In this document: piece after piece, positions 32,895 through 44,166 of the stretch
Numbering within the stretch: the first letter of the stretch is position 1
How the letters are laid out: each line of letters begins with the position of its first letter
Assembly (NCBI RefSeq): GCF_050920415.1
Contig: NZ_CP169309.1
DNA length: 64,000 nt
Reading direction: 5' to 3' (one strand)
DNA from: Escherichia coli
GTDB taxonomy: Bacteria > Pseudomonadota > Gammaproteobacteria > Enterobacterales > Enterobacteriaceae
Program-made: the position numbers and the translations under genes
Notes under the pieces: model-generated
Seen by the model: only the letters and a program-made list of their open reading frames with translations
The model's database searches: none
Told to the model about the DNA's origin: nothing

Positions 32895-35800
32895 TCAGAA
32901 TTGCCACTTAATGCCCACCATTGCAGAGGTGTCATTATATCCTCTATCGGCAACCTGAACGCCCACATTCCCCCAGACATTCAGGTTGGCATTTAGCTGT
33001 CCTTCCACCCCGGTTTTTATCTCAGCAATATTGCGGGCTCCATCCTGAGTGACGGACACGCCATCCATACTGGTGCTGAAATCCTTACTGTTATGCAGCC
33101 AGTTCACTTCTACAAACGGCTGGAACTCGCGGGATTTACTGTCATCCATTTTATGGTGGCTCTTCAGCCAGGTTTTTACGCCAAGTCGGGTTTGAACATT
33201 GCCATCACCGTTGCTATGAACGAGGGTTCCGTTGCTTTCGCGGTGATTATCGGCTTTGACTCCCATCCAGGTAACCTGTGCTTGCGGCTGAACATACCAT
33301 TCATTACGCGTTCCCTGGCTGCCATTAAATTCAGCTAATTTGTGTTTGTATCCAGCTTCCAGTGACGCGGTAAATCCTTTTGATTTATAGGATTCACTTT
33401 GTAAGTCATCCCCTTTCACTGTGTTATCAAACCAACTGTACTGCGCCCAACTGTCGAGATACGCGCCATTACGCGACTCGTCATCGGCATACCAGGTGGC
33501 ATAGAGGCCTGTGCTATATCCGTTCACACTCGCTTTTGCACGATAACCAGTGCGCGAGGAGGTCGTTTTGCTGTCGCTGTTGCCATATCCCGCCATGACC
33601 CCAATATGCCAGCGATCGCTGTCGTTTTGGCTCCACTGCGCGATATCGCCTCCCAGTTGCAGAACATAGCGATTGCTTTGGGTTTTCAGCTGGCCGCTGC
33701 CATCACGCCATTTATTATGACCCCCTTCATGGCGCATCCACATACTGGTTTGTTTCTGCTCACCCGTCACCATGTCGGTATAGTATGTATTTCCCAGACG
33801 CTCATGCAGACGCGTGTTGAACATGGTATTCGCTGCTGCAAGGTTCGCAATGTAGCTACCCGCCTCCGGTCGCAGGTCATTATCCACATTCAGATCCGGA
33901 CCCGGCGTAGGTGTCGGGTTAGGGTTCGGCTCTGGATTCGGGTTTGGCTCCGGATTCGGCATCGGGTCTGGCTCCGGCTGCAGTTCAGGAGAATCACTGC
34001 CGCTGGTCAGATACCAGTTACCACTATTTGCCCCTTGTCCACGCGCGAGAGTGTAGTCATATGCCCCCGCAACGATACGCCCAGCCTGAACAAATTCGCC
34101 CTCAGACTTACCGTCAACATGGATAAGTTCGATACCGTTAAGGGTTTTCGCACCTGTACCGCCAGCGTTATTCACCGTAACGGCAGTCGTGCCGCTAGTA
34201 TCGCCCTCGACAACCAATTTATCAGTTACTGAATCATCGCCATTCAGTACCGTATTCATTACCAGTTGGCCGTTATTACCGTAGTAGTTCCCCTTCACCA
34301 CCAACACGTTGCCAGCTTGCAGTCCTGACATCCCGGTCATCAGCGTACCGTTGTTGGTCAGATTGCCACCCAGGGTGTAATTCACTGGTGCAGCCGCTCT
34401 TTTTTCAGCGCTATTATTCAGCGCCAGGGTGCCGTTGTTCTCAATGTTTGCGTTACCCATTCCCTGCGCATGACTAACCAGGACATTAGCCGAGCTAGCA
34501 ATGTTCACATTCGCCGTCAGGTTGCTATTATCGCCCGCGATATCCAGCGTGCCGCCCTGAATATTCAGCTCTCCGCTTCCCGTTAACGAACCGGTTGAAG
34601 TGCCCCCGTTGGTAACCGTCAGACTCCCGCCGTTCAAGCTCAGCAGTGAATCGGCGCTGCCATTGAGCGTGCCCACGATCTGGCTGTGACCATTCATATC
34701 CAGTTCAGTCTCTGCCGCCAGACGCAGTTCATGGGTATTACCCAACACGTTATCGTTATTCAACAAAAGCGTCCCGCTGCGCAGATCGGTAATACCGGTA
34801 TAGTCGTTGTCTTTGTTAGAAAGCGATACGGTCTGACCTTTCTGGCTGCTGAAAGCCAGGTCACCACTGCCGGTAATCTTTGCACTAAGATCGGCGGCAT
34901 TCTCGCTCTTACCGTTGGCACTCAGCACCAGGGCATCACTGTCGGTAGCCTGCAATTCAAGCTGGGTCAGGCCGTAACCGATATACAGACCGTCATTGTT
35001 TACCCCACTCGTCAGACGATAGTCGTAAGTGCCGACGGCCGCTTTTTGCCCATTCTGCTGAATATCACGTTGGGCGCTGCTGGAGAGGATTTGCCCATTT
35101 TTATCCTGCAATTGCAGATTGCCCGCATCGCCCAGAACTTCCGCACCTTGCGCATCAACCAACTTAATGGTGCTGTTACCATCATCGACTTCAGTGAGCG
35201 ATAACGCAGAGTCAATATCACGAGATACTGAGCGGACAACGTCACTGTCAGAAACCTCAATCACACCCTCGCCGCGCAAATCCAGCGTTTTACTAACGTT
35301 GACTGTCCCTTCTGTCATCTGCGCGCCAGCGGTCAGGGCACCAAAATCAACGGTTCCGCCCGAGAATCCCAGAGTGCTAATGGAGTGAGCGCCCTTACCC
35401 ACTGTTATCTGGCTTCCCTGACCCGCAGTGATCCCGCCTTTCTGCAGAAACTCAGCATTTTTTTCCAGGTTAAATGTCGTGTTCTGGAATGCCAGTGCCC
35501 CCTGAAACCAGTCTGTATAAGCAAACTCATCGAAGGAGAATTCGTGATTCCCCATGTTTATTTCAACAACGCCTTTACCTTCAAGATCGTTATCAAACAC
35601 CCAATCTTTATTGGCATTAATTTGCAGTTTGCCATCAACATCCAGTTCTGCACGGCCGATGTTCTTATCTTCAGAAATAACAGCGACAGCATCGGAAGCG
35701 ACATCAATATATCCGCTGAATGCATAGTTATTGCCGATCAACTCCACCGTCCCACTGTCGATACTTATTGTACCGTTGCCGGAAATCTTATTGGCAAAGG

Positions 35801-36878
35801 TCATGCTATCGTCAGCCTTCAGGTGTAATTTCCCGCGGTTGGTGATTTCTGCTGTACCTATATTTTGGGTGATCCCTAAAGCCCCGTTTTTCTCAATTTT
35901 GACTTTGCCGCTAAAGGCGGAGTTATCACCGGTTAAGTAAGTTGTACCATTGAGCGCATTGATATAGCCCAGGCCCTCGCTGCCACTGACAATATCCGCG
36001 GAAATAGTCGCGTTTTTATCCGTGTGGTTTAAAGTGATTTTCTTATCTGATGTCGAAGCCCACACAAACTCAATTTTTTCGGCATCAATAATCCCTGCCG
36101 CCTTCGCTGCATTTCCTTCCTGTGCACCTAACGCCAACTCAGAGTTGGTGCTTAAACTAATAGTCGGCGCAGATACTTTTCCGCCTTCTGAAACGGCAAG
36201 TGTTGTATCGGAGTTTTGATTATAATAGCCCAGGCTAATTTGCTTACTGGCATTAACTTCACCGCCGTTATTAACTGACAGGTACTGATTACCACCGTAA
36301 CTGCTGTAAACGCCCATAAAGAAGGTTTCGGAATTTACCTGGCTACCTTCCCCACTGACATTTCCCTGCGTATAAGTCAGACGACTGGTGCCCTTAACAT
36401 GGATTTTGCCGCCGTTGGAGACATTAAAATAGCCGCGATCGTGTCTCATGCCTGAGTTTGATTCATACAAATCATCAGCATATAACTCGCTGCCAGCATT
36501 GGAGACATTCAGGAACCCCGTACCTTTCAGCAAAAAGTTAAGTGGGCCATTGATTGTTACCTTTCCTCCGGTAATATCCAACCCACCACCAGAAGCGAGA
36601 GTCAGACGCGGACGGGAAGTATCTGTCGCATTGATTACCAGATTGGCATTGTCAGTCACCGTAATATGGTAATCGATGCTCTGGTTCTCTTTGCCAAAAT
36701 CAATAGTTTTATCCTGGTTTACGATGACATCATCGGCGAATACCAGAGATGAATATAAACTTATCGCGCTAATTAAAACAGCCCGGGACTTTTTTCCTTT
36801 TACTCTGCTCCCCAGCTCAGAGCAAACGCTCCAACAGTTACGGGACCTGTTCCACTTTAGCCGATATATTTTATTCAT
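32895..36878 (-). CDS. ehaA: AIDA-I-type autotransporter adhesin, EhaA-like, about 1327 aa
   Basis: Extended autotransporter signal peptide (MNKIYRLKWNRSRNCWSV…), long Gly/Asn/Thr-rich passenger, Pro-rich linker PEPDPMPNPEPNPNPEPNPNPTPTP, C-terminal beta-barrel ending …GIKWQF; start set at MNKIYRLKW. Name assigned from memory of O157:H7 EhaA length and locus. Confidence 0.75.
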   Translation of the reverse strand: MNKIYRLKWNRSRNCWSVCSELGSRVKGKKSRAVLISAISLYSSLVFADDVIVNQDKTIDFGKENQSIDYHITVTDNANLVINATDTSRPRLTLASGGGLDITGGKVTINGPLNFLLKGTGFLNVSNAGSELYADDLYESNSGMRHDRGYFNVSNGGKIHVKGTSRLTYTQGNVSGEGSQVNSETFFMGVYSSYGGNQYLSVNNGGEVNASKQISLGYYNQNSDTTLAVSEGGKVSAPTISLSTNSELALGAQEGNAAKAAGIIDAEKIEFVWASTSDKKITLNHTDKNATISADIVSGSEGLGYINALNGTTYLTGDNSAFSGKVKIEKNGALGITQNIGTAEITNRGKLHLKADDSMTFANKISGNGTISIDSGTVELIGNNYAFSGYIDVASDAVAVISEDKNIGRAELDVDGKLQINANKDWVFDNDLEGKGVVEINMGNHEFSFDEFAYTDWFQGALAFQNTTFNLEKNAEFLQKGGITAGQGSQITVGKGAHSISTLGFSGGTVDFGALTAGAQMTEGTVNVSKTLDLRGEGVIEVSDSDVVRSVSRDIDSALSLTEVDDGNSTIKLVDAQGAEVLGDAGNLQLQDKNGQILSSSAQRDIQQNGQKAAVGTYDYRLTSGVNNDGLYIGYGLTQLELQATDSDALVLSANGKSENAADLSAKITGSGDLAFSSQKGQTVSLSNKDNDYTGITDLRSGTLLLNNDNVLGNTHELRLAAETELDMNGHSQIVGTLNGSADSLLSLNGGSLTVTNGGTSTGSLTGSGELNIQGGTLDIAGDNSNLTANVNIASSANVLVSHAQGMGNANIENNGTLALNNSAEKRAAAPVNYTLGGNLTNNGTLMTGMSGLQAGNVLVVKGNYYGNNGQLVMNTVLNGDDSVTDKLVVEGDTSGTTAVTVNNAGGTGAKTLNGIELIHVDGKSEGEFVQAGRIVAGAYDYTLARGQGANSGNWYLTSGSDSPELQPEPDPMPNPEPNPNPEPNPNPTPTPGPDLNVDNDLRPEAGSYIANLAAANTMFNTRLHERLGNTYYTDMVTGEQKQTSMWMRHEGGHNKWRDGSGQLKTQSNRYVLQLGGDIAQWSQNDSDRWHIGVMAGYGNSDSKTTSSRTGYRAKASVNGYSTGLYATWYADDESRNGAYLDSWAQYSWFDNTVKGDDLQSESYKSKGFTASLEAGYKHKLAEFNGSQGTRNEWYVQPQAQVTWMGVKADNHRESNGTLVHSNGDGNVQTRLGVKTWLKSHHKMDDSKSREFQPFVEVNWLHNSKDFSTSMDGVSVTQDGARNIAEIKTGVEGQLNANLNVWGNVGVQVADRGYNDTSAMVGIKWQF

Positions 36879-37408
36879 CACAATCTCCAGCAATACATCC
36901 AAATAAAACTAAGATTGCATAAACAGCAACGCATTAAATGCCATTCCGGTTACTGTTCATCGCATATAAAAATTCAAAAATTTTGCATAGCATTGACAAC
37001 CACATATCTGAGTATGTAGTTCAGAGGGTAATAAAATAGCAAGTTACTACTGAAAACTTATTTTAAGTTAACACTATTAACTTTATCATTACATTCCTCC
37101 CAGTCTCGAATACCTGCGCATTATATGTATCCAGGAACTCAAATCAACTCAAAATATAAACAAAAGCAGGAGGAATACACTTAATATACAGCCGATAAAA
37201 GTGGTAACTCTTATTAGGTATCAAAATATAAGAATCGTCTTATTAATAAATATATAACTCTATAGGACTGAATCCATTCAGCTAATACAAAATAAAATCG
37301 TTAATTAATAAAATATAAAATCATGAAGTGATACAAGAGGAATTGCAGGATATGACATGACAATCATATATAATATATGCATAATTTTTTACAGCGAGTC
37401 AATGATTT

Positions 37409-37438
37409 CCGCGCCATATGCAGACATGGCGCGGTTTT
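37409..37438 (+). terminator. Putative intrinsic terminator (9-bp GC stem + TTTT) abutting the betT 3' end
   Basis: CCGCGCCAT-atgcagac-ATGGCGCGG followed by TTTTAT on the plus strand; the T-run is only present in the plus orientation. Confidence 0.45.
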
Positions 37439-37450
37439 ATGCAATAACAA

Positions 37451-39484
37451 TCACGCGTCCGGGAACATCACGCTATGGCCCGGCGCTTCACGATGGAGAT
37501 GGATAAAGTTAAGGTGCCGCTCGTACTGGTCGAGAATATCGGTGATCACCTGCTCTTTGCTGTAGTCCATCAGGTCGTTGCCCTGGCTGCCTTCTAACAG
37601 GAAGGTTTCCAGCCGGTAGTAGGTCGATTTACCGCTACGTGCGCGGTAGGTAAAGCCCGGCACCGAATATTGCTGCGGCCAAATCTGATAGACAAAGTTT
37701 TGCTCTTCGCCCATATGCACCAACAAATCCAGATGCCCCAACTGTTGTCCCTCTTCCGGCGGCAGGCTTTTTAGCTCCACGTACGCGCCGCGCAACCGCA
37801 GCTCCTGCGCCACTTCTTCCATTGCCGGGTAACAGACCGTCTCCATCATCTGTTTAGTGTAACGCGTGCCCGGATAATTCATCAGGCGCGAGAGACGCTT
37901 TTTCCAGCTCAGGCGATCCTGAACGCTCAATGGCCGCGGTGCAGTATCACGACTCGCACTTTCCCGGCGATAATCTTCAACTTTCAGCGATTTATACAAT
38001 CCCGCCATGACGAAGAAAATCACAAAACTAAACGGCAGCCCCATGATGACCGTGGTGTTTTGTAGCGCGGATATCCCGTTGGTCATTAACATACCGAGCG
38101 TCAGCAGACCAATGGCAACCGACCAGAATACACGCAGCCAGCCCGGCGCGTCGCTGTTGATATCTTTAAGCTGCGAGGTGAAATTCCCCAGCACCAGCGC
38201 CCCGGAATCTGCCGAAGTTACATAGAACAGCAGACCCGTAATGGTGGCAACCGAGGCGCTAAAGGTAAATGCCGGATACTGCGCCAACAGGCTGTAGAAG
38301 CCGCGCTCCGGATGGACCATCGCTTCCTGGGCAAATGCCGCGCCGCCGTGGATGATTTCATACAGCGCGCTATTGCCGAACACCGAGAGCCATAACAGCG
38401 TGAAGGTAAACGGAATAATCAACGTCCCCAGCACGAACTGGCGAATGGTGCGCCCACGCGAGATACGCGCCAGGAACAGGCCGACAAACGGCGACCAGGC
38501 CACCCACCATGCCCAGAAAAAGAGCGTCCAGTTATTCATCCACTCCACCGGGCGGTCAAAGGCGAAACTGTTGAGCGTCATGCCCATAAAGCGGTTGACG
38601 TAATCGCCGACGTTCAGCACCAGCGCATTGAGCAGGAACGAGGTGTCGCCCATAAACAGCACGAACAGGATCAGCCCCAGCGCCAGTGCGACATTGAGTT
38701 CAGACAATACGCGAATGCCTTTGTCGACACCGGATGTCACCGAGATAGTCGCGATAATCACCGACAGCGCGATCAGCGCCGCTTTCGCCGCCATTGAATC
38801 CGGAATATCAAACAGTACGCTCAGGCCATAGTTAAGCTGCACCACGCCAATGCCGAGCGTGGTGGCAATCCCGAAGATGGTTCCGATCACCGCGGCAATA
38901 TCCACCGAGTGACCAATCGGCCCGTTGATCCGTTTACCGAAAATCGGATACAGCGCCGAGCGGATGGTGAGCGGCAAATTATAACGATAGCTGAAGTATC
39001 CGAGCGCCATGCCCATCAGCGCATACATCGACCAGCCGGTTAAGCCGTAGTGAAACAGCGTCCAGACCATCGCCTGACGCGCGGCCTCAATCGTCTGACC
39101 CGCGCCTTCCGGCGGCTGCATATACTGCGTTACCGGTTCGGCTACGGAGAAGAACATCAGGTCGATACCGATCCCGGCAGCAAACAGCATCGCCGCCCAG
39201 CTCAGCAGGCTGAACTCAGGCTTAGACTGCTCGGGCCCGAGTTTCACCGAACCAAAGCGCGAACAGGCAATGCAGACCACAAAGACAATATAGAGCGTTG
39301 CCGCTAACAGATAGTACCAACCAAAAGTTTTAGAAACCCAGTCCAGCGTGCGGCCAATCCACAGGGCCGAGAAGTCGCGAAACAGGATCGTTGTCAGGGA
39401 AAACAACAAAATCAGTCCGGCGGAGGTGTAAAACACCACCGGATTGATTTTGTCCTTTTCCCTGCTGTGCGAAAGGTCTGTCAT
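37451..39484 (-). CDS. betT: Choline transporter BetT (BCCT family), 677 aa
   Basis: BCCT-family membrane protein with long C-terminal cytoplasmic extension; divergent from betIBA. Confidence 0.9.
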   Translation of the reverse strand: MTDLSHSREKDKINPVVFYTSAGLILLFSLTTILFRDFSALWIGRTLDWVSKTFGWYYLLAATLYIVFVVCIACSRFGSVKLGPEQSKPEFSLLSWAAMLFAAGIGIDLMFFSVAEPVTQYMQPPEGAGQTIEAARQAMVWTLFHYGLTGWSMYALMGMALGYFSYRYNLPLTIRSALYPIFGKRINGPIGHSVDIAAVIGTIFGIATTLGIGVVQLNYGLSVLFDIPDSMAAKAALIALSVIIATISVTSGVDKGIRVLSELNVALALGLILFVLFMGDTSFLLNALVLNVGDYVNRFMGMTLNSFAFDRPVEWMNNWTLFFWAWWVAWSPFVGLFLARISRGRTIRQFVLGTLIIPFTFTLLWLSVFGNSALYEIIHGGAAFAQEAMVHPERGFYSLLAQYPAFTFSASVATITGLLFYVTSADSGALVLGNFTSQLKDINSDAPGWLRVFWSVAIGLLTLGMLMTNGISALQNTTVIMGLPFSFVIFFVMAGLYKSLKVEDYRRESASRDTAPRPLSVQDRLSWKKRLSRLMNYPGTRYTKQMMETVCYPAMEEVAQELRLRGAYVELKSLPPEEGQQLGHLDLLVHMGEEQNFVYQIWPQQYSVPGFTYRARSGKSTYYRLETFLLEGSQGNDLMDYSKEQVITDILDQYERHLNFIHLHREAPGHSVMFPDA

Positions 39485-39549
39485 CCAGTATCCCCACTAT
39501 TATTGTTACCATTTAAAATCAAATTCGTAACAATTAAGACACATTTTAT

Positions 39550-39567
39550 ATTGAACGTCCAATCAAT
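39550..39567. promoter_or_regulatory. Candidate BetI operator in the betT–betI divergent promoter region
   Basis: Inverted repeat ATTGA-N8-TCAAT (ATTGAACGTCCAATCAAT) in the 128-bp AT-rich spacer; assignment to BetI is by context. Confidence 0.35.
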
Positions 39568-39612
39568 AACCGCTTTAATAGATTAACAACGCTGATGAAT
39601 GGAGTGGCAAAA

Positions 39613-40200
39613 ATGCCCAAATTGGGGATGCAGTCGATCCGGCGCAGACAACTGATCGACGCCACGCTGGAAGCAATAAATGAAGTAGGTATGCACGATG
39701 CGACGATCGCGCAGATCGCCCGCCGGGCGGGCGTTTCCACCGGGATCATTAGCCACTATTTCAAAGATAAAAATGGTCTGCTGGAAGCAACCATGCGTGA
39801 TATCACCAGCCAGCTGCGTGACGCGGTCTTGAACCGCTTACACGCGCTACCGGATGGCAGCCCTGAGCAGCGATTACAGGCGATTGTTGACGGAAATTTC
39901 GATGAGACTCAGGTCAGTAATGCTGCGATGAAAGCCTGGCTGGCGTTTTGGGCCAGCAGTATGCATCAGCCGATGCTTTACCGTTTGCAGCAGGTGAGCA
40001 GCCGCCGCTTGTTGTCGAATCTGGTGAGCGAATTTCACCGCGAGTTACCGCGCAAAGAGGCACAGGAGGCAGGTTATGGCCTGGCCGCGCTGATTGACGG
40101 TTTATGGCTGCGCGCGGCATTGAGCGGTAAACCGCTGGATAAACCTCTCGCACACTCGCTGACCCGTCACTTTATTACTCAGCATTTACCCACCGATTAA
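39613..40200 (+). CDS. betI: TetR-family repressor BetI, 195 aa
   Basis: Start set at [24 protein letters not shown]…; TetR HTH. Confidence 0.85.
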   Translation: MPKLGMQSIRRRQLIDATLEAINEVGMHDATIAQIARRAGVSTGIISHYFKDKNGLLEATMRDITSQLRDAVLNRLHALPDGSPEQRLQAIVDGNFDETQVSNAAMKAWLAFWASSMHQPMLYRLQQVSSRRLLSNLVSEFHRELPRKEAQEAGYGLAALIDGLWLRAALSGKPLDKPLAHSLTRHFITQHLPTD

Positions 40201-40213
40201 CCGAGGAGACGTG

Positions 40214-41686
40214 ATGTCCCGAATGGCAGAACAGCAGCTTTATATACATGGTGGTTATACCTCCGCCACCAGCGGTCGCACCTTCGAGACCATTAACCCG
40301 GCCAACGGTAACGTGCTGGCAACCGTGCAGGCCGCCGGGCGCGAAGATGTCGATCGCGCCGTGAAGAGTGCCCAACAAGGGCAAAAAATCTGGGCGGCGA
40401 TGACCGCCATGGAACGCTCGCGCATTCTGCGTCGGGCCGTTGATATTGTGCGCGAACGCAATGACGAACTCGCTAAACTGGAAACCCTCGACACCGGAAA
40501 AGCGTATTCAGAAACCTCAACCGTCGATATCGTTACCGGCGCGGACGTGCTCGAGTACTACGCCGGGCTGATCCCGTCGCTGGAAGGCAGCCAGATCCCG
40601 CTACGCGAGACGTCGTTTGTTTATACCCGCCGTGAACCGCTGGGCGTGGTCGCCGGAATTGGCGCATGGAATTACCCGATTCAGATTGCTTTGTGGAAAT
40701 CCGCACCGGCGCTGGCGGCAGGCAACGCGATGATTTTCAAACCGAGCGAAGTCACCCCGCTTACCGCGTTAAAGCTGGCCGAAATTTACAGCGAAGCGGG
40801 CCTGCCGGACGGCGTATTTAACGTGTTGCCGGGCGTGGGCGCAGAGACCGGGCAGTATCTGACCGAGCATCCGGGCATTGCCAAAGTGTCATTTACCGGC
40901 GGCGTTGCCAGCGGTAAAAAAGTGATGGCTAACTCGGCGGCCTCTTCCCTGAAAGAAGTGACCATGGAACTGGGCGGTAAATCACCGCTGATCGTTTTCG
41001 ACGATGCAGACCTCGATCTCGCCGCCGATATCGCCATGATGGCGAACTTCTTCAGCTCCGGCCAAGTGTGTACCAACGGCACCCGCGTGTTCGTTCCGGC
41101 GAAATGCAAAGTCGCATTTGAGCAAAAGATTCTCACGCGCGTTGAACGCATTCGCGCGGGCGACGTTTTCGATCCGCAAACTAACTTCGGCCCGCTGGTC
41201 AGCTTCCCGCATCGCGATAACGTGCTGCGCTATATCGCTAAAGGCAAAGAGGAAGGCGCGCGCGTACTGTGCGGCGGCGATGTGCTGAAGGGTGATGGCT
41301 TCGATAACGGCGCATGGGTTGCACCGACCGTGTTCACCGATTGCCGCGACGAAATGACTATCGTGCGCGAAGAGATCTTCGGCCCGGTGATGTCGCTCCT
41401 CACGTATGAGTCTGAAGACGAAGTGATTCGCCGCGCCAATGATACCGACTACGGTCTGGCGGCGGGTATCGTCACGGCGGATCTGAACCGCGCGCATCGC
41501 GTCATTCATCAGCTGGAAGCGGGTATTTGCTGGGTCAACACCTGGGGAGAATCCCCGGCGGAGATGCCCGTTGGCGGCTACAAACACTCCGGCATTGGTC
41601 GCGAGAACGGCGTGATGACGCTCCAGAGTTACACCCAGGTGAAGTCCATCCAGGTTGAGATGGCTAAATTCCAGTCCATATTCTAA
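40214..41686 (+). CDS. betB: Betaine-aldehyde dehydrogenase BetB, about 490 aa
   Basis: Aldehyde dehydrogenase family with catalytic Cys region (…[15 protein letters not shown]…); 10 bp downstream of betI. Confidence 0.9.
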   Translation: MSRMAEQQLYIHGGYTSATSGRTFETINPANGNVLATVQAAGREDVDRAVKSAQQGQKIWAAMTAMERSRILRRAVDIVRERNDELAKLETLDTGKAYSETSTVDIVTGADVLEYYAGLIPSLEGSQIPLRETSFVYTRREPLGVVAGIGAWNYPIQIALWKSAPALAAGNAMIFKPSEVTPLTALKLAEIYSEAGLPDGVFNVLPGVGAETGQYLTEHPGIAKVSFTGGVASGKKVMANSAASSLKEVTMELGGKSPLIVFDDADLDLAADIAMMANFFSSGQVCTNGTRVFVPAKCKVAFEQKILTRVERIRAGDVFDPQTNFGPLVSFPHRDNVLRYIAKGKEEGARVLCGGDVLKGDGFDNGAWVAPTVFTDCRDEMTIVREEIFGPVMSLLTYESEDEVIRRANDTDYGLAAGIVTADLNRAHRVIHQLEAGICWVNTWGESPAEMPVGGYKHSGIGRENGVMTLQSYTQVKSIQVEMAKFQSIF

Positions 41687-41699
41687 CCAGGAGGTTTAT

Positions 41700-43388
41700 T
41701 TGCAATTTGACTACATCATTATTGGCGCCGGCTCTGCCGGCAACGTCCTCGCGACACGTCTGACTGAAGATCCGAACACTACCGTGCTGCTGCTTGAAGC
41801 GGGCGGCCCGGACTATCGCTTTGACTTCCGTACCCAAATGCCCGCTGCGCTGGCGTTCCCGCTACAGGGTAAACGCTATAACTGGGCCTATGAGACCGAG
41901 CCGGAACCGTTTATGAACAACCGTCGCATGGAGTGCGGACGCGGTAAGGGGCTTGGTGGATCATCACTGATCAACGGCATGTGTTACATCCGTGGTAACG
42001 CGCTGGATCTCGATAACTGGGCGAAAGAACCCGGTCTGGAGAACTGGAGCTACCTCGACTGCCTGCCCTACTACCGCAAGGCCGAGACGCGCGATGTGGG
42101 CGAGAACGACTACCACGGCGCTGATGGCCCGGTAAGCGTGACCACCTCAAAACCGGGTGTCAATCCGCTGTTTGAAGCGATGATTGAGGCGGGCGTGCAG
42201 GCGGGCTATCCGCGCACAGAAGACCTTAACGGTTATCAGCAGGAAGGTTTCGGCCCGATGGACCGCACCGTCACGCCGCAGGGCCGTCGCGCCAGCACCG
42301 CGCGGGGTTATCTCGATCAGGCCAAATCGCGCCCGAACCTGACTATTCGAACTCACGCCATGACCGATCACATTATCTTTGACGGCAAACGCGCGGTAGG
42401 CGTCGAGTGGCTGGAAGGCGACAGCACCATCCCAACCCGCGCAACGGCCAACAAAGAAGTGCTGTTATGTGCAGGCGCGATTGCCTCACCACAAATCCTG
42501 CAACGCTCCGGCGTCGGCAACGCTGAACTGCTGGCCGAATTTGATATTCCGCTGGTGCATGATTTGCCCGGCGTGGGCGAAAATCTTCAGGATCATCTGG
42601 AGATGTACCTGCAATACGAGTGCAAAGAACCGGTTTCCCTCTACCCTGCCCTGCAGTGGTGGAATCAGCCGAAAATCGGTGCGGAGTGGCTGTTTGGCGG
42701 CACCGGCGTGGGTGCCAGCAACCACTTTGAAGCAGGCGGATTTATTCGCAGCCGTGAGGAATTTGCGTGGCCGAATATTCAGTACCATTTCCTGCCAGTG
42801 GCGATTAACTATAACGGCTCGAACGCAGTGAAAGAGCACGGCTTCCAGTGCCATGTCGGATCGATGCGCTCGCCAAGCCGTGGGCATGTGCGGATTAAAT
42901 CCCGCGACCCGCACCAGCATCCGGCGATTTTGTTTAACTACATGTCGCACGAACAGGACTGGCAGGAGTTCCGCGACGCGATTCGCATCACCCGCGAGAT
43001 CATGCATCAACCGGCGCTGGATCAATACCGTGGCCGCGAAATCAGCCCCGGCGCGGAATGCCAGACAGATGAGCAGCTCGATGAGTTCGTGCGTAATCAC
43101 GCCGAAACCGCCTTCCACCCATGCGGTACGTGCAAAATGGGGTACGACGAGATGTCCGTTGTGGATGGCGAAGGCCGCGTGCACGGGCTGGAAGGATTAC
43201 GCGTAGTCGATGCGTCAATTATGCCGCAGATTATCACCGGCAATCTGAACGCCACGACCATTATGATTGGCGAGAAAATGGCGGATATGATTCGCGGACG
43301 AGAAGCGTTGCCGAAGAGCACGGCAAGATATTTTGTGGCAAATGGGATGCCGGTGAGAGCGAAAAAAATGAGTCGTGATTTGAACTAA
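41700..43388 (+). CDS. betA: Choline dehydrogenase BetA (GMC oxidoreductase), TTG start
   Basis: TTG start preceded by AGGAGG, giving [18 protein letters not shown]… (FAD-binding GxGxxG); the longer track ORF 41655..43388 overlaps the betB 3' end. Confidence 0.85.
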   Translation: MQFDYIIIGAGSAGNVLATRLTEDPNTTVLLLEAGGPDYRFDFRTQMPAALAFPLQGKRYNWAYETEPEPFMNNRRMECGRGKGLGGSSLINGMCYIRGNALDLDNWAKEPGLENWSYLDCLPYYRKAETRDVGENDYHGADGPVSVTTSKPGVNPLFEAMIEAGVQAGYPRTEDLNGYQQEGFGPMDRTVTPQGRRASTARGYLDQAKSRPNLTIRTHAMTDHIIFDGKRAVGVEWLEGDSTIPTRATANKEVLLCAGAIASPQILQRSGVGNAELLAEFDIPLVHDLPGVGENLQDHLEMYLQYECKEPVSLYPALQWWNQPKIGAEWLFGGTGVGASNHFEAGGFIRSREEFAWPNIQYHFLPVAINYNGSNAVKEHGFQCHVGSMRSPSRGHVRIKSRDPHQHPAILFNYMSHEQDWQEFRDAIRITREIMHQPALDQYRGREISPGAECQTDEQLDEFVRNHAETAFHPCGTCKMGYDEMSVVDGEGRVHGLEGLRVVDASIMPQIITGNLNATTIMIGEKMADMIRGREALPKSTARYFVANGMPVRAKKMSRDLN

Positions 43389-44166
43389 CTCAGGAACCTA
43401 TCAGATTGAGAGTTACCGTTCTACGATAAGGACCGAATCCTTATATAAAAAACATAGGTAACTCTCATGCTTCATATCCAGTATTCATGATGCTGTTTTT
43501 TTGCTGATGTTTTTACCAGAATATTCCTGATACAGACTATTAATTCAAGCTTATCTGCGACAGATTTCATTTTCTGGATATATTATGAGTGACAAATCAA
43601 ACAGGATATCGATCTGATTGAAATTTTATTTTATCTGAAGAAAAAGATTCGTGTTATTCTGTTTATTATAGCTGTTTGTATGACAATGGTGCTATTATTT
43701 CTGTACATCAATAAAGACAATATAAAGCTGAGTTACAGCCTAAAAATAAACCACACAACATCAGGCATACTTGTAAGCTGTGATAGCAATAATAACTTTG
43801 CCTGTCAGACCACAATGACTGAAGATGTTATTCAGCGAATTACGAGTTTTTTAGACCAGTACTAATGCTAAAAATTGCCTTGTCAAAAAAATGGTAGATG
43901 AATACCAACAAAACTCTGGGCAGTAATAAACAGCATTCTGATAGAGAGTGCCTGTATATAGCTGAAGTGACAATGACCGGGAAGGGAACCCGTTTTCAGG
44001 AATGGATGCCTGTCTTTTTCACTGTAAATATCCTGGCATTACTAATGCCAGGATATTTAAAGAAGAGGAGCATAACCATGACAGAACGGGGTTAAGTCAG
44101 GTTGTCCTTAGCGCTATTCGCAACTTCGTGCCGCCTTCAGGTTTATGTCCAGACTTCATATCTCTC

